From IMG/VR virus record IMGVR_UViG_3300045988_111105, positions 1 through 41,695 of that record: a DNA stretch of 41,695 nucleotides. One strand, given 5' to 3'. Numbering within the stretch: position 1 is the first letter of the stretch; every line of letters starts with the position of its first letter. Below are positions 16,645 through 24,108 of the stretch, in pieces. The notes under the pieces are model-generated. The model did no database searches. It was given only the letters and a program-made list of their open reading frames with translations, and had not been told where the DNA came from. The position numbers and the translations under genes are program-made. The DNA comes from a virus.

Positions 16645-16660
16645 TAGAACATTTGTTCTA
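16645..16660 (+). promoter_or_regulatory. LexA (Cheo/DinR-type) box
   Basis: tAGAACATTTGTTCTa is a perfect 7+7 inverted repeat matching the Gram-positive consensus GAAC-N4-GTTC. It lies 19 nt downstream of TATAAT (16621-26) and 31 nt upstream of a small ORF. Confidence 0.65.
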
Positions 16661-16690
16661 TGAAAATATTTTGTTTATAAGGGGGATAAA

Positions 16691-16804
16691 ATGGAAAATA
16701 AAAAGAAAGCTTCAATGCTGGGTGAGAAATTTTTAAAAAGATTAGAAATTATCGCTATGCTTACAGAGAAAAAACAAAATATTAATCAGGAGAAACAAAA
16801 ATAG
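16691..16804 (+). CDS. 37-aa basic helical peptide (MENKKKASMLGEKFLKRLEIIAMLTEKKQNINQEKQK)
   Basis: RBS aagggggataaaATG. It is preceded by the LexA box, followed by a bidirectional terminator, and convergent with the repressor gene. Confidence 0.5.
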   Translation: MENKKKASMLGEKFLKRLEIIAMLTEKKQNINQEKQK

Positions 16805-16860
16805 AATTATTTAGTAAAAAAACAGGTGAATAAAAACGTAAAAAACTTAAAATAATAAAA

Positions 16861-16897
16861 AGGAACTAGAGATATAACTCTAAGTTCCTTTTTTTAT
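16861..16897. terminator. Bidirectional terminator shared by the 37-aa ORF (+) and the repressor gene (-)
   Basis: aggaactagag-atataa-ctctaagttcct (11 bp, one bulge), flanked by aaaa on the 5' side and tttttttt on the 3' side. It overlaps the repressor stop codon. Confidence 0.65.
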
Positions 16898-17311
16898 ATT
16901 TTTTATAAATTTAACCATATTCTCTAGATCATCACTGCTAATCCCATTAAATATCTTTGAAAATTTCAAGACATTTATAAATTCATCTTCAGTTAAATCT
17001 TTGGTAGATATTAAAAATTCTATAACTTTATTAAATTGTTCATCGGTAAGATTTTCAGTAAGTTTTTCAACTGCTTCTAACTTTTTTAATTCTTTTTTAA
17101 AAGGTCTTTCTTCAGAAGCACCTACTAAATAATCAGCAGATACATTAAAAAAATCAGCTAGTTTAAAAAGTGTCTCAACATCATATTTTCTAAAATCTTT
17201 CTCCCAACTATTTATTGTTTGTTTAGAAACTTTTAAGTAATCTGCTAATTCTTGCATAGTCATTTTTCTTTCTAATCTTAAATCTCTCAGTATTTCCCCT
17301 TGTGTTGGCAT
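16880..17311 (-). CDS. CI-like prophage repressor, XRE-family HTH, with no S24 peptidase domain
   Basis: HTH region RKMTMQELADYLKVSKQTINSWEKD. The C-terminal half consists of three helical repeats (LTDEQFNKVIEFL / LTEDEFINVLKF / ISSDDLENMVKFI). I prefer the start at 17311 (RBS agaggaggaaaaaccATG). Confidence 0.8.
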   Translation of the reverse strand: MPTQGEILRDLRLERKMTMQELADYLKVSKQTINSWEKDFRKYDVETLFKLADFFNVSADYLVGASEERPFKKELKKLEAVEKLTENLTDEQFNKVIEFLISTKDLTEDEFINVLKFSKIFNGISSDDLENMVKFIKNIKKGT

Positions 17312-17382
17312 GGTTTTTCCTCCTCTAAGTATCATATACATATATTATTAATAATTATACGCAACGTATACCTATACCTTGC

Positions 17383-17420
17383 AATTATACCATTTTGTTT
17401 ATTTTTTAGCTATTAAATAT
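17383..17420 (-). promoter_or_regulatory. Repressor-side promoter (extended -10)
   Basis: The minus strand reads TGgTATAAT (plus-strand attatacca, 17383-91). A second TATAAT lies at plus 17353-58. TATAC half-site motifs lie at 17355, 17366, 17372 and 17385. Confidence 0.45.
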
Positions 17421-17473
17421 ACTGCAAAATACAAAAAGAGTACAAAAATATAAGAAAATTTATAAAAAACATA

Positions 17474-17502
17474 TTGACAGCATACTTTTTGAGTACTACA
17501 AT
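17474..17502 (+). promoter_or_regulatory. Early lytic promoter (PR-like)
   Basis: TTGACA (17474-79), 17-nt spacer, TACAAT (17497-502), about 30 nt upstream of the cro-like gene. The spacer contains TACTTTTTGAGTAC, which is related to TACAAAAAGAGTAC about 50 nt upstream. Confidence 0.7.
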
Positions 17503-17532
17503 TAAACTATAAAGAAAAGAGGTGACAACGAA

Positions 17533-17757
17533 ATGATGGTAAAATCTTACAGAAGATTTCATAATATGACACAAAGTGATATGGCTAACGTTTTAGGAAT
17601 ATCTACAATGAGCTATTGTAGAAAAGAAAATGGAGAAAGAGAATTTAAACTATCTGAAGCTAAAACAATCGCTGACCTTTTTGGATGTACAATAGAGGAA
17701 ATTTTTTTTACAAATAATGTCTACTCTAAGAGTATTAATTTAAGTCAGGCATTGTAA
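17533..17757 (+). CDS. Cro-like XRE-family HTH regulator
   Basis: 74 aa containing MTQSDMANVLGISTMSYCRKENGEREFKLSEAKTIADLF. It is divergent from the repressor. RBS aaagaggtg. Confidence 0.8.
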   Translation: MMVKSYRRFHNMTQSDMANVLGISTMSYCRKENGEREFKLSEAKTIADLFGCTIEEIFFTNNVYSKSINLSQAL

Positions 17758-17804
17758 AATGTGTACACCTAAAGTAAAACAAAGTAAAGAAAGGAGATTG
17801 AAAT

Positions 17805-18632
17805 ATGGATTACATAAACGAAATGAACAACTTAGTACAAAGTATATCATCTAGAGAAGTAGCAGAAATGATGGAAGTACAACATAAAAATTTAATATCA
17901 AAAATAGAAAAACATACTGAAATATTAGAAAAAGTTAACGAGCTTAATTTTAAGCTGGTTGATTTATGGCAACTAAGTTCTTACAAAGATGCAAAAGGTG
18001 AAACAAGAAAAGAATATCAAGTAACTAAAAAAGGCTGCGAATTTCTAGCACATAAAACAACTGGAGAAAAAGGGGACTTGTTTACCATAAGATATATGAA
18101 TAAATTTGAGGAAATGGAACAGTACATAAAAGAACAACAAGTACCTCAGTTAACAGAAAAACAAATGCTGCAGTTACAAATCCTAAATGGTGATGAAATG
18201 GAGAGAATAGGAGCTTTAAAACAATATGAGGGAGTTATAACTAAACCACTAATAGACACAATAGAAAAACAATCAGATGCGATAAATGAATTGAAACCAC
18301 ATGCAGAATATGCAGAAAGAGTTTTAGAAGATAAAAAAACATTATTAACTCCAACTCAAATAGCTAAAGATTTTGGAATGGCTGGTAAAGCATTAAATGC
18401 ATTACTCCATGAGTTAGGAGTTCAATATAAGCAAAATGGTCAATGGCTTTTATATGCTAAGTATCAAGGTAAAGGATATACAGGACCATATCAACCAGAT
18501 ATACCAAATGCTAAACCTCAGACAAGATGGACTCAAGCTGGTAAAAAGTTTATCCATGACATTTTAAGAAAAAATGGCTATAAAACAATTTTAGAAAATC
18601 AACAAGAACAACAAAGATTTGACTTTAACTAA
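17805..18632 (+). CDS. Rha-family regulatory protein with a C-terminal KilAC/ANT antirepressor domain
   Basis: N-terminal region SSREVAEMMEVQHKNLISKIEKH...KEYQVTKKGCEFLAHKTTG is Rha-like. C-terminal region TPTQIAKDFGMAGKALNALLHELGVQYKQNGQWLLYAKYQGKGY is KilAC-like. Confidence 0.75.
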   Translation: MDYINEMNNLVQSISSREVAEMMEVQHKNLISKIEKHTEILEKVNELNFKLVDLWQLSSYKDAKGETRKEYQVTKKGCEFLAHKTTGEKGDLFTIRYMNKFEEMEQYIKEQQVPQLTEKQMLQLQILNGDEMERIGALKQYEGVITKPLIDTIEKQSDAINELKPHAEYAERVLEDKKTLLTPTQIAKDFGMAGKALNALLHELGVQYKQNGQWLLYAKYQGKGYTGPYQPDIPNAKPQTRWTQAGKKFIHDILRKNGYKTILENQQEQQRFDFN

Positions 18633-18644
18633 GGGGGCTTAAAT

Positions 18645-19058
18645 ATGGAAGATAATAAAAAACTAAGTTTCACATACTTTGGTGATATAAGAATAGAGAA
18701 AGCAAATGTTAGAGTGATAGAAATAGGGGCTGGAAGTCTTAAATTTGCAATAGATGAAAGATATCCTCATTACATAAAGGTTTATATAGGTGATAACTCT
18801 GACGAAGGATTCGAATACATTGACGATATATTAGGGATAGATCAAAAAATAAATGATGATGAATTTATGACAATAGTTCTTAATTATTGTGTGCAACATG
18901 TAGAGTTTATAACAAATAAAGCGATGGAAGAAAGAGTTCAAAATTACTATAAAAAGCTAGAAAAAGAGAATAAAAAGGTAAAACAAATTTTATCACAGTA
19001 TACAGATGAACAGTTATTAAACGAAGTTAACGAAAGAGGACTTTTAGGAGGTAACTAA
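18645..19058 (+). CDS. Hypothetical early protein
   Basis: 137-aa ORF with RBS aaggggg, co-oriented and tightly packed. No recognisable motif. Confidence 0.5.
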   Translation: MEDNKKLSFTYFGDIRIEKANVRVIEIGAGSLKFAIDERYPHYIKVYIGDNSDEGFEYIDDILGIDQKINDDEFMTIVLNYCVQHVEFITNKAMEERVQNYYKKLEKENKKVKQILSQYTDEQLLNEVNERGLLGGN

Positions 19059-19059
19059 C

Positions 19060-19263
19060 ATGGCAACTTACATAAAAACAGAACATTTCTTCAAAAGAGA
19101 AGTAGAAGCAGTAAGTGATATTTTAAGAGCTAGAGGATATAAGGAAGAATGGAGCATAATAACTCCTTTTCAGCAAGAGATAAAAATGTTCCACGTATTA
19201 CAAAACAAGTTTGCACTACTTAGAAAACAAGGCAATAACACAGTAGTAGATTATTCGAGATAG
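19060..19263 (+). CDS. Hypothetical early protein
   Basis: 67-aa ORF starting 2 nt after the previous stop, with RBS taggaggt. Confidence 0.5.
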   Translation: MATYIKTEHFFKREVEAVSDILRARGYKEEWSIITPFQQEIKMFHVLQNKFALLRKQGNNTVVDYSR

Positions 19264-19272
19264 GGGGCATAT

Positions 19273-19356
19273 ATGTTAGCAAAATACATAGCAGTAGTAA
19301 TCATATTCGATTTAGGCTTCTTTTTAGGAGCTTGGTGGCACAGCATACATAATTAG
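19273..19356 (+). CDS. 27-aa hydrophobic peptide (MLAKYIAVVIIFDLGFFLGAWWHSIHN)
   Basis: RBS tagggggcatatATG and one predicted TM segment. It fills the gap between packed genes. Not in the track. Confidence 0.35.
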   Translation: MLAKYIAVVIIFDLGFFLGAWWHSIHN

Positions 19357-19367
19357 GGGGTGAAAGT

Positions 19368-19697
19368 ATGGCAAGTGAATTTGAAAAGATGTTAGTCAGA
19401 AACATGGACCAAGGCGAACTACTTCAAACGATATCAGAAAGAATTGACTTAGTTGATATCGTTGAAAAATTTCGTTATAGCGAAGACTATGCACCATGTG
19501 AATATCTAACAATAGAACAATTACAGGAGTATCTACATTGTGGCCGTAGCTATGCTTTACAGGTAGCAAGATACGGACTTAGCACAGGAGAATACACAGT
19601 AAATCATATGGGGAGAAAGTATCTAGTAGACAGAATAAGTTATGACAAATATGTCAAAAGAAAACTAGGAAAGTCTTTAAAGGAGGTGGTTAGATGA
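19368..19697 (+). CDS. Excisionase-family (HTH_17/MerR-like) DNA-binding protein; candidate Xis/RDF
   Basis: LTIEQLQEYLHCGRSYALQVARYGL...HMGRKYLVDRISYDKYV follows the pattern of excisionase-type winged HTH proteins. Confidence 0.4.
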   Translation: MASEFEKMLVRNMDQGELLQTISERIDLVDIVEKFRYSEDYAPCEYLTIEQLQEYLHCGRSYALQVARYGLSTGEYTVNHMGRKYLVDRISYDKYVKRKLGKSLKEVVR

Positions 19698-19825
19698 GAA
19701 AAATAATAATCGCAAATAAGGTAACCGTTACAAGGGAAGAACTACAAACATTAGCTAGTAAATATCCAAACATGACTGTAAAGCAACTTATAGAGTTAAT
19801 GAACTCAAAATGTAACTGGAGATAA
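19694..19825 (+). CDS. Hypothetical 43-aa protein
   Basis: ATGA start/stop overlap with the previous gene. Sequence MRKIIIANKVTVTREELQTLASKYPNMTVKQLIELMNSKCNWR. Not in the track. Confidence 0.35.
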   Translation: MRKIIIANKVTVTREELQTLASKYPNMTVKQLIELMNSKCNWR

Positions 19826-19838
19826 GGGGGAATAACAA

Positions 19839-20066
19839 ATGAAGAGTAAAAAACAAATCTATGAAGATGTAAAAGAGCTTGTTGAAGCTCAAGACAAAGA
19901 AAACTACTTAGCATACTACAAAATATTCTTAGACAACTCAGGAAGAACTGACATACCAACAGAAGAAAAAGAAGCTATTATCAATCAAGCATACAAAACT
20001 TATAAACGACAATCAGAAAAATTATACGACATCTTAGATCATGCATACCTAGATTTTATCGCATAA
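19839..20066 (+). CDS. Hypothetical early protein
   Basis: 75-aa ORF with RBS taaggggg. Confidence 0.5.
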   Translation: MKSKKQIYEDVKELVEAQDKENYLAYYKIFLDNSGRTDIPTEEKEAIINQAYKTYKRQSEKLYDILDHAYLDFIA

Positions 20067-20073
20067 CAAAATA

Positions 20074-20104
20074 AGCTATCTAGGGGTACCAAATCTAGAT
20101 AGCT
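20074..20104 (+). terminator. Perfect 10-bp inverted repeat hairpin (no T-tract)
   Basis: agctatctag-gggtaccaaat-ctagatagct, 8 nt after the stop of the 19839 ORF. Confidence 0.3.
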
Positions 20105-20164
20105 ATAAATCAAACACTATATGTAATATAAGATACTTAAATTATACCATAAGAGGGGGATAAT

Positions 20165-20470
20165 ATGAAGTTAAAATTACAGTCAGAAGGAGTAAAACAA
20201 TCCGACATAAAGACATTAGAACAAAGATTATTCCTAGTTAGACTATACAGAAATACTACTGACCCAGAAGGTAGACTAGGATTTATAGAAGGAGCAGAAT
20301 TTGCTCTAAGAAATAGAAAGTTTATGACATTAGATATATTTAAAGAACACTATAAAGACACATTAAAACAAATAGGAAATAGAAAACATGATAGTTACGA
20401 AAGCAGTTTATTATATGCTTTACGACTTAATATAGAAGAGTTAGAGATAAATAAGGAAGGTGAATTTTAA
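20165..20470 (+). CDS. Hypothetical early protein
   Basis: 101-aa ORF with RBS agaggggg. Its stop overlaps the next start (TAATG). Confidence 0.5.
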   Translation: MKLKLQSEGVKQSDIKTLEQRLFLVRLYRNTTDPEGRLGFIEGAEFALRNRKFMTLDIFKEHYKDTLKQIGNRKHDSYESSLLYALRLNIEELEINKEGEF

Positions 20471-21348
20471 TGACTAAAGCAGTACAAAGAACAAATGGTG
20501 CATTAGCACTTGCAGAATGCACTCTAGAAGGTGGACAAGTTTTAAACGTAGAAACAGTTAAGAATTATCTTGTAAGAGGTAACGGAGACATAACAGACCA
20601 AGAAACATTGATGTTTATCGAGTTATGCAAAGCTCAACATCTTAATCCATTCATAAACGAAGCATACTTAATTAAATTTGGAACTCAACCAGCACAAATA
20701 GTTACTGGTAAAGATGTATTCGTAAAAAGAGCTTATAAAAATCCTAACTTTGAAGGAATGAAAGCTGGAATAGTAGTTTTATCTAATGGAGAAATGAAAT
20801 ACAGAGAAGGCAGCTTAAAAGCACCAAAAGAACAATTAATCGGTGGTTGGTGTGAGGTATATGTAAAAAATATGAAATTTCCAATTAGATCAGAGGTTTC
20901 TTTAGAAGAATATAGTAAATCACAAGCAACTTGGAAACAGATGCCGTGTGTAATGGTGAGAAAATGCGCTATGGTGACTGCTTTAAGAGAGGCATTCCCA
21001 GAAGATTTACAAGGATTATATGATAGCTGTGAAATGAAAAATGTACCTGATAAACTTCCACAAAAAGAAGTGGTAATAGGTAAAGCAACAAGTGAGCAAA
21101 AGAGAAAGTTATTAGCAATGGCAGAAGTAAAAGGATTATATAGCCATGAAGATGCTAAAGATACATCAAAGCTTGAATATTTCTGTAGTAGCAACGGATA
21201 TGACCTAAAAGATTTGAAGTTTGAAGAAGTGGACGAGCTATTACAACTACTAACAGATTATGAACCAGTACAAGATGTAGATTATACAGAAGAACCTATA
21301 GAGGAAGATAACGGGCAGATAGAAGGGCAACAAGTAATGGATATGTAG
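20470..21348 (+). CDS. bet: Single-strand annealing protein, Bet (Red-beta)/RecT superfamily
   Basis: LMFIELCKAQHLNPFINEAYLI and WKQMPCVMVRKCAMVTALREAFPEDLQGLYD parallel lambda Bet (QYGLNPWTKEIYAF; WQSHPKRMLRHKAMIQCARLAF..IYD). Confidence 0.75.
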   Translation: MTKAVQRTNGALALAECTLEGGQVLNVETVKNYLVRGNGDITDQETLMFIELCKAQHLNPFINEAYLIKFGTQPAQIVTGKDVFVKRAYKNPNFEGMKAGIVVLSNGEMKYREGSLKAPKEQLIGGWCEVYVKNMKFPIRSEVSLEEYSKSQATWKQMPCVMVRKCAMVTALREAFPEDLQGLYDSCEMKNVPDKLPQKEVVIGKATSEQKRKLLAMAEVKGLYSHEDAKDTSKLEYFCSSNGYDLKDLKFEEVDELLQLLTDYEPVQDVDYTEEPIEEDNGQIEGQQVMDM

Positions 21349-21397
21349 CTAGGTTGGGGAGCAATCCCCTTCCTAGAAAAATAAAGGAGGTTGAAAC

Positions 21398-22303
21398 ATG
21401 GCAAAATACAGAGCGATACAAGTAGACTTTTGGGAAGATGGATTTGTATTAGATTTAACACCAGAAGAAAAGTATTTCTATTTATATCTTCTAAGCAACT
21501 CTAGAACAACACAATGTGGATGCTATGAGCTACCTTATAAGGTTGTAGAAATGCAAACAGGATATAACAGAGAAACAGTACAGAAATTGTTAAAAAGATT
21601 TGAAGAGTACGGAAAAACAAGTTACAACGAAGAAACAAAAGAAATACTTATAAAAAACTGGCATAAACATAACTTTTCTAAATCTCCTAAAGTGAAAAAT
21701 TGCATCTTAAAAGAAATTGAAAAGATAAAAAGCAAAGACTATAAAGATTATTTATATAGAGTATGTATAGAGTATGGATACCCTATTGATACAGTATCTA
21801 TAGACTATAAAAATAGTAATGATAGTCTAGATAAAGACTTAGATAGTCTAGACATAGACTCGGGGGAAAAAGAAAAAGAAAAAGAAAAAGAAAAAGAAAA
21901 AGAAAAACAAAAAGAAAAACAAAAACAAAAAGAAGATACAGTATCTCCTGAAAAAAATGTAAGTAAGTTGGTAGGTAATGATTTAAAAGAATTTACTAAC
22001 CTATTTGAAAAGAATATAGGAACGGTAAATCAATTAATAGCTCAATGGCTTATAGAAATGACGGAAACTATAGATTATCCGTTGTTTAAAAAGGGAGTTG
22101 AAATATGTACTGAAAAAAGTAAAACCAACTGGGGCTACCTAAAAGGCATAATAAACAACTGGATCAATAAAAATATATACACTATGGAACAATTACAAGC
22201 ATACAAATTGCAACAAGAGCAAAACAAGCCTAGACAGCAAGATGAATTAAATAAACAAGATCTAGATTTTCTAGACAAAATAGATGAAAAATTCGGATTA
22301 TAA
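21398..22303 (+). CDS. Replisome organiser / DnaD-domain replication initiation protein
   Basis: N-terminal YRAIQVDFWEDGFVLDLTPEEKYFYLYLLSNSRTTQCGCYELP (phage replisome organiser N-terminal domain). C-terminal DnaD-like motif WGYLKGIINNWINKNIYT. An EK-rich linker joins them. Confidence 0.75.
   Translation: MAKYRAIQVDFWEDGFVLDLTPEEKYFYLYLLSNSRTTQCGCYELPYKVVEMQTGYNRETVQKLLKRFEEYGKTSYNEETKEILIKNWHKHNFSKSPKVKNCILKEIEKIKSKDYKDYLYRVCIEYGYPIDTVSIDYKNSNDSLDKDLDSLDIDSGEKEKEKEKEKEKEKQKEKQKQKEDTVSPEKNVSKLVGNDLKEFTNLFEKNIGTVNQLIAQWLIEMTETIDYPLFKKGVEICTEKSKTNWGYLKGIINNWINKNIYTMEQLQAYKLQQEQNKPRQQDELNKQDLDFLDKIDEKFGL
21866..21934 (+). repeat. (gaaaaa/caaaaa)n microsatellite encoding the EKEKEKEKEKEKQKEKQKQKE linker
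   Basis: Eleven to twelve tandem hexamers are visible in the sequence. Confidence 0.9.
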
Positions 22304-22317
22304 GGAGGTAAAAAAAA

Positions 22318-23064
22318 ATGGATGCAGTTTTATTGGATAGATTAAAAGCTACTTTGGAAAAACATGCTCCAGAACCAGCAAAATATGATTGTCCTAAATG
22401 TGAAGATAGAGGATATATTTTTAAAATACAAGATGGATATGAAGTGGCTGTACCTTGTAGCTGTTTAGAAAAAAGACAAAGTATCGAAAAATTAGCCTTA
22501 AGCAACCTTACAGAGGTTTTTAGACAAAAGACGATTAATTCCTTTAAAGCTGACAAGGAATGGCAAATAAAGGCAAAGAACGAGGTTTTACGATATATTA
22601 ATGACTTCTTAAAAAAGGGAACTAATGCAAGTTTAATTTTGGCCGGTAATCCAGGTGGAGGTAAGACTCACTTAGGAGTTGGAGCTATGTTAGAACTTAT
22701 AAATAACAATGTTGGGTGTGTGTATAAAGAATATATATCAATGCTGACTAATCTAAAACAAGTAAGTATGAACGAAGAAGAGTTTATCAGAGAATTAGAA
22801 AAATATATAAATCCAAGAGTTCTATTTTTAGATGACTTTCTAAAGGGAGAAGTTACAGAAGCAGACCGAAAATACATATATAAAGTTATAAATACTCGAT
22901 ATTTAAAAGGTAAACCAATGATTATATCAACTGAGAAAAGTTTAAAAGAGATATTGATGTGGGATGAGGCTGTTGGGTCACGAATCACAGAAATGAGCCA
23001 AGGTAATATAATAACATTCCCTAGAGGAATAGAAAACAACTATAGATTAAGAAATATCATATAA
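22318..23064 (+). CDS. DnaC/IstB-like AAA+ helicase loader
   Basis: N-terminal zinc motif CPKCEDRGY...VPCSC. Walker A is LAGNPGGGKTHL and Walker B is VLFLDDF. Confidence 0.8.
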   Translation: MDAVLLDRLKATLEKHAPEPAKYDCPKCEDRGYIFKIQDGYEVAVPCSCLEKRQSIEKLALSNLTEVFRQKTINSFKADKEWQIKAKNEVLRYINDFLKKGTNASLILAGNPGGGKTHLGVGAMLELINNNVGCVYKEYISMLTNLKQVSMNEEEFIRELEKYINPRVLFLDDFLKGEVTEADRKYIYKVINTRYLKGKPMIISTEKSLKEILMWDEAVGSRITEMSQGNIITFPRGIENNYRLRNII

Positions 23065-23071
23065 AACAAAA

Positions 23072-23096
23072 GATAGAAGGTGATTAACCTTCTATC
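23072..23096. terminator. Perfect 9-bp hairpin between convergent genes (bidirectional terminator candidate)
   Basis: gatagaagg-tgattaa-ccttctatc, followed by gatttta. It overlaps the stop of the minus-strand RHH gene. Confidence 0.5.
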
Positions 23097-23221
23097 GATT
23101 TTAAAAAGTCTTTCAGTATTTTGTTTATTTGACTTGATATAGTTCTATCCTCTTCGGATGCATATTGTTTTAGTTTTTCTAAAACTTCTTCATCTAGAGT
23201 TATAGCAATTTTCTTTTTCAT
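23084..23221 (-). CDS. Ribbon-helix-helix (CopG/Arc/Mnt-like) DNA-binding protein, 45 aa
   Basis: MKKKIAITLDEEVLEKLKQYASEEDRTISSQINKILKDFLKSIEG shows the classic RHH pattern (beta strand IAITLDEE plus two helices). RBS aagaggtgatattATG. It is the only minus-strand gene inside the early/middle operon. Not in the track. Confidence 0.65.
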   Translation of the reverse strand: MKKKIAITLDEEVLEKLKQYASEEDRTISSQINKILKDFLKSIEG

Positions 23222-23279
23222 AATATCACCTCTTGGTGGTATTATATCATGATTTCAGATAAAAATAAATCTAAAATAC

Positions 23280-23310
23280 TTGATAAAGTATGACAAAGTA
23301 TGATAAAATA
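23280..23310 (+). promoter_or_regulatory. Promoter overlapped by three tandem 10-bp repeats (TGAYAAARTA); candidate RHH operator
   Basis: TTGATA (23280-85), 18-nt spacer, TGaTAAAAT (23301-09). The repeats tgataaagta / tgacaaagta / tgataaaata occupy exactly 23281-23310. Confidence 0.55.
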
Positions 23311-23364
23311 ATACTATCAACAAGGATGGACGGAAATAAAAATAATACAAAGGGAGCTGAGGGT

Positions 23365-24063
23365 ATGGATACTTTAATTAGAATCGAAAATGGAGAACAA
23401 TTAGTATCAGCTAGGGATTTACATGAAGCATTAGAAGTAACTGAAAGATTTAGTAAATGGTTTGATAGAATGTTAAGTTATGGTTTCGAAAAAAATGTAG
23501 ATTTTGTAGCATGCAAAAAAGTTTGCGCAGCAAATCAATATGGTGGAGAAAAAGAATTAGATGACTATGATTTAAAATTAGATGCAGCTAAAGAGATATG
23601 CAGAAAACAGAGAAGAAATAAAAAGGCTGGAAAATTACTAGAATATTTTATGACTATTGATAATAAGGAAATAATTATTATAGAGCCAGAAAGAAAAGAA
23701 ATAGAATTTGGAAAAATGCTTGATGTAATAACTGGATTTGAATGGCAAAAACAATATTCAATAGATAATGGAAAATATAGATTAGACTTTTATTTAGAAG
23801 ATGTATTAATAGTAGAATATGACGAAAAATATCACGAATATCAAAAGGAGGAAGACGAAAAAAGAATAAATTATTGTAGGGATTGGTTAGCTACTCATAA
23901 AAAAGATAGTTATGATGATGGTTGGAGATGTCCAGTAATAAGGATTAAAGAAGGCGAAGAACTTAATGGATTAAATAGAATAATAAGACATTTAGCAGGG
24001 TTTGAATTATTCGACACGCAATATAACTATAATTTAGACGTATGTGATATAAAAAATAAATAA
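23365..24063 (+). CDS. AntA/AntB antirepressor-domain protein fused to a PD-(D/E)XK-like (DUF559/Vsr-like) domain
   Basis: N-terminal LVSARDLHEALEVTERFSKWFDRMLSYGFEKNVDF is AntA-like. The C-terminal YRLDFYLEDVLIVEYDEKYH resembles a D...ExD/K nuclease core. I prefer the start at 23365 (RBS aagggagctgagggtATG) over the track start at 23290. Confidence 0.55.
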   Translation: MDTLIRIENGEQLVSARDLHEALEVTERFSKWFDRMLSYGFEKNVDFVACKKVCAANQYGGEKELDDYDLKLDAAKEICRKQRRNKKAGKLLEYFMTIDNKEIIIIEPERKEIEFGKMLDVITGFEWQKQYSIDNGKYRLDFYLEDVLIVEYDEKYHEYQKEEDEKRINYCRDWLATHKKDSYDDGWRCPVIRIKEGEELNGLNRIIRHLAGFELFDTQYNYNLDVCDIKNK

Positions 24064-24108
24064 ATAGCCTAGGAGTTAAATTCTCCTAGGTGAAAGGGGG
24101 ATAATCAA

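Noticed and set aside
20470-21348. A missing exonuclease partner for the Bet-family annealing protein, considered as an anomaly.
   Set aside because: Stand-alone annealing proteins are common in Firmicute phages, and the VRR-NUC or unknown neighbouring ORFs could supply the nuclease function. This is not distinctive enough to report.
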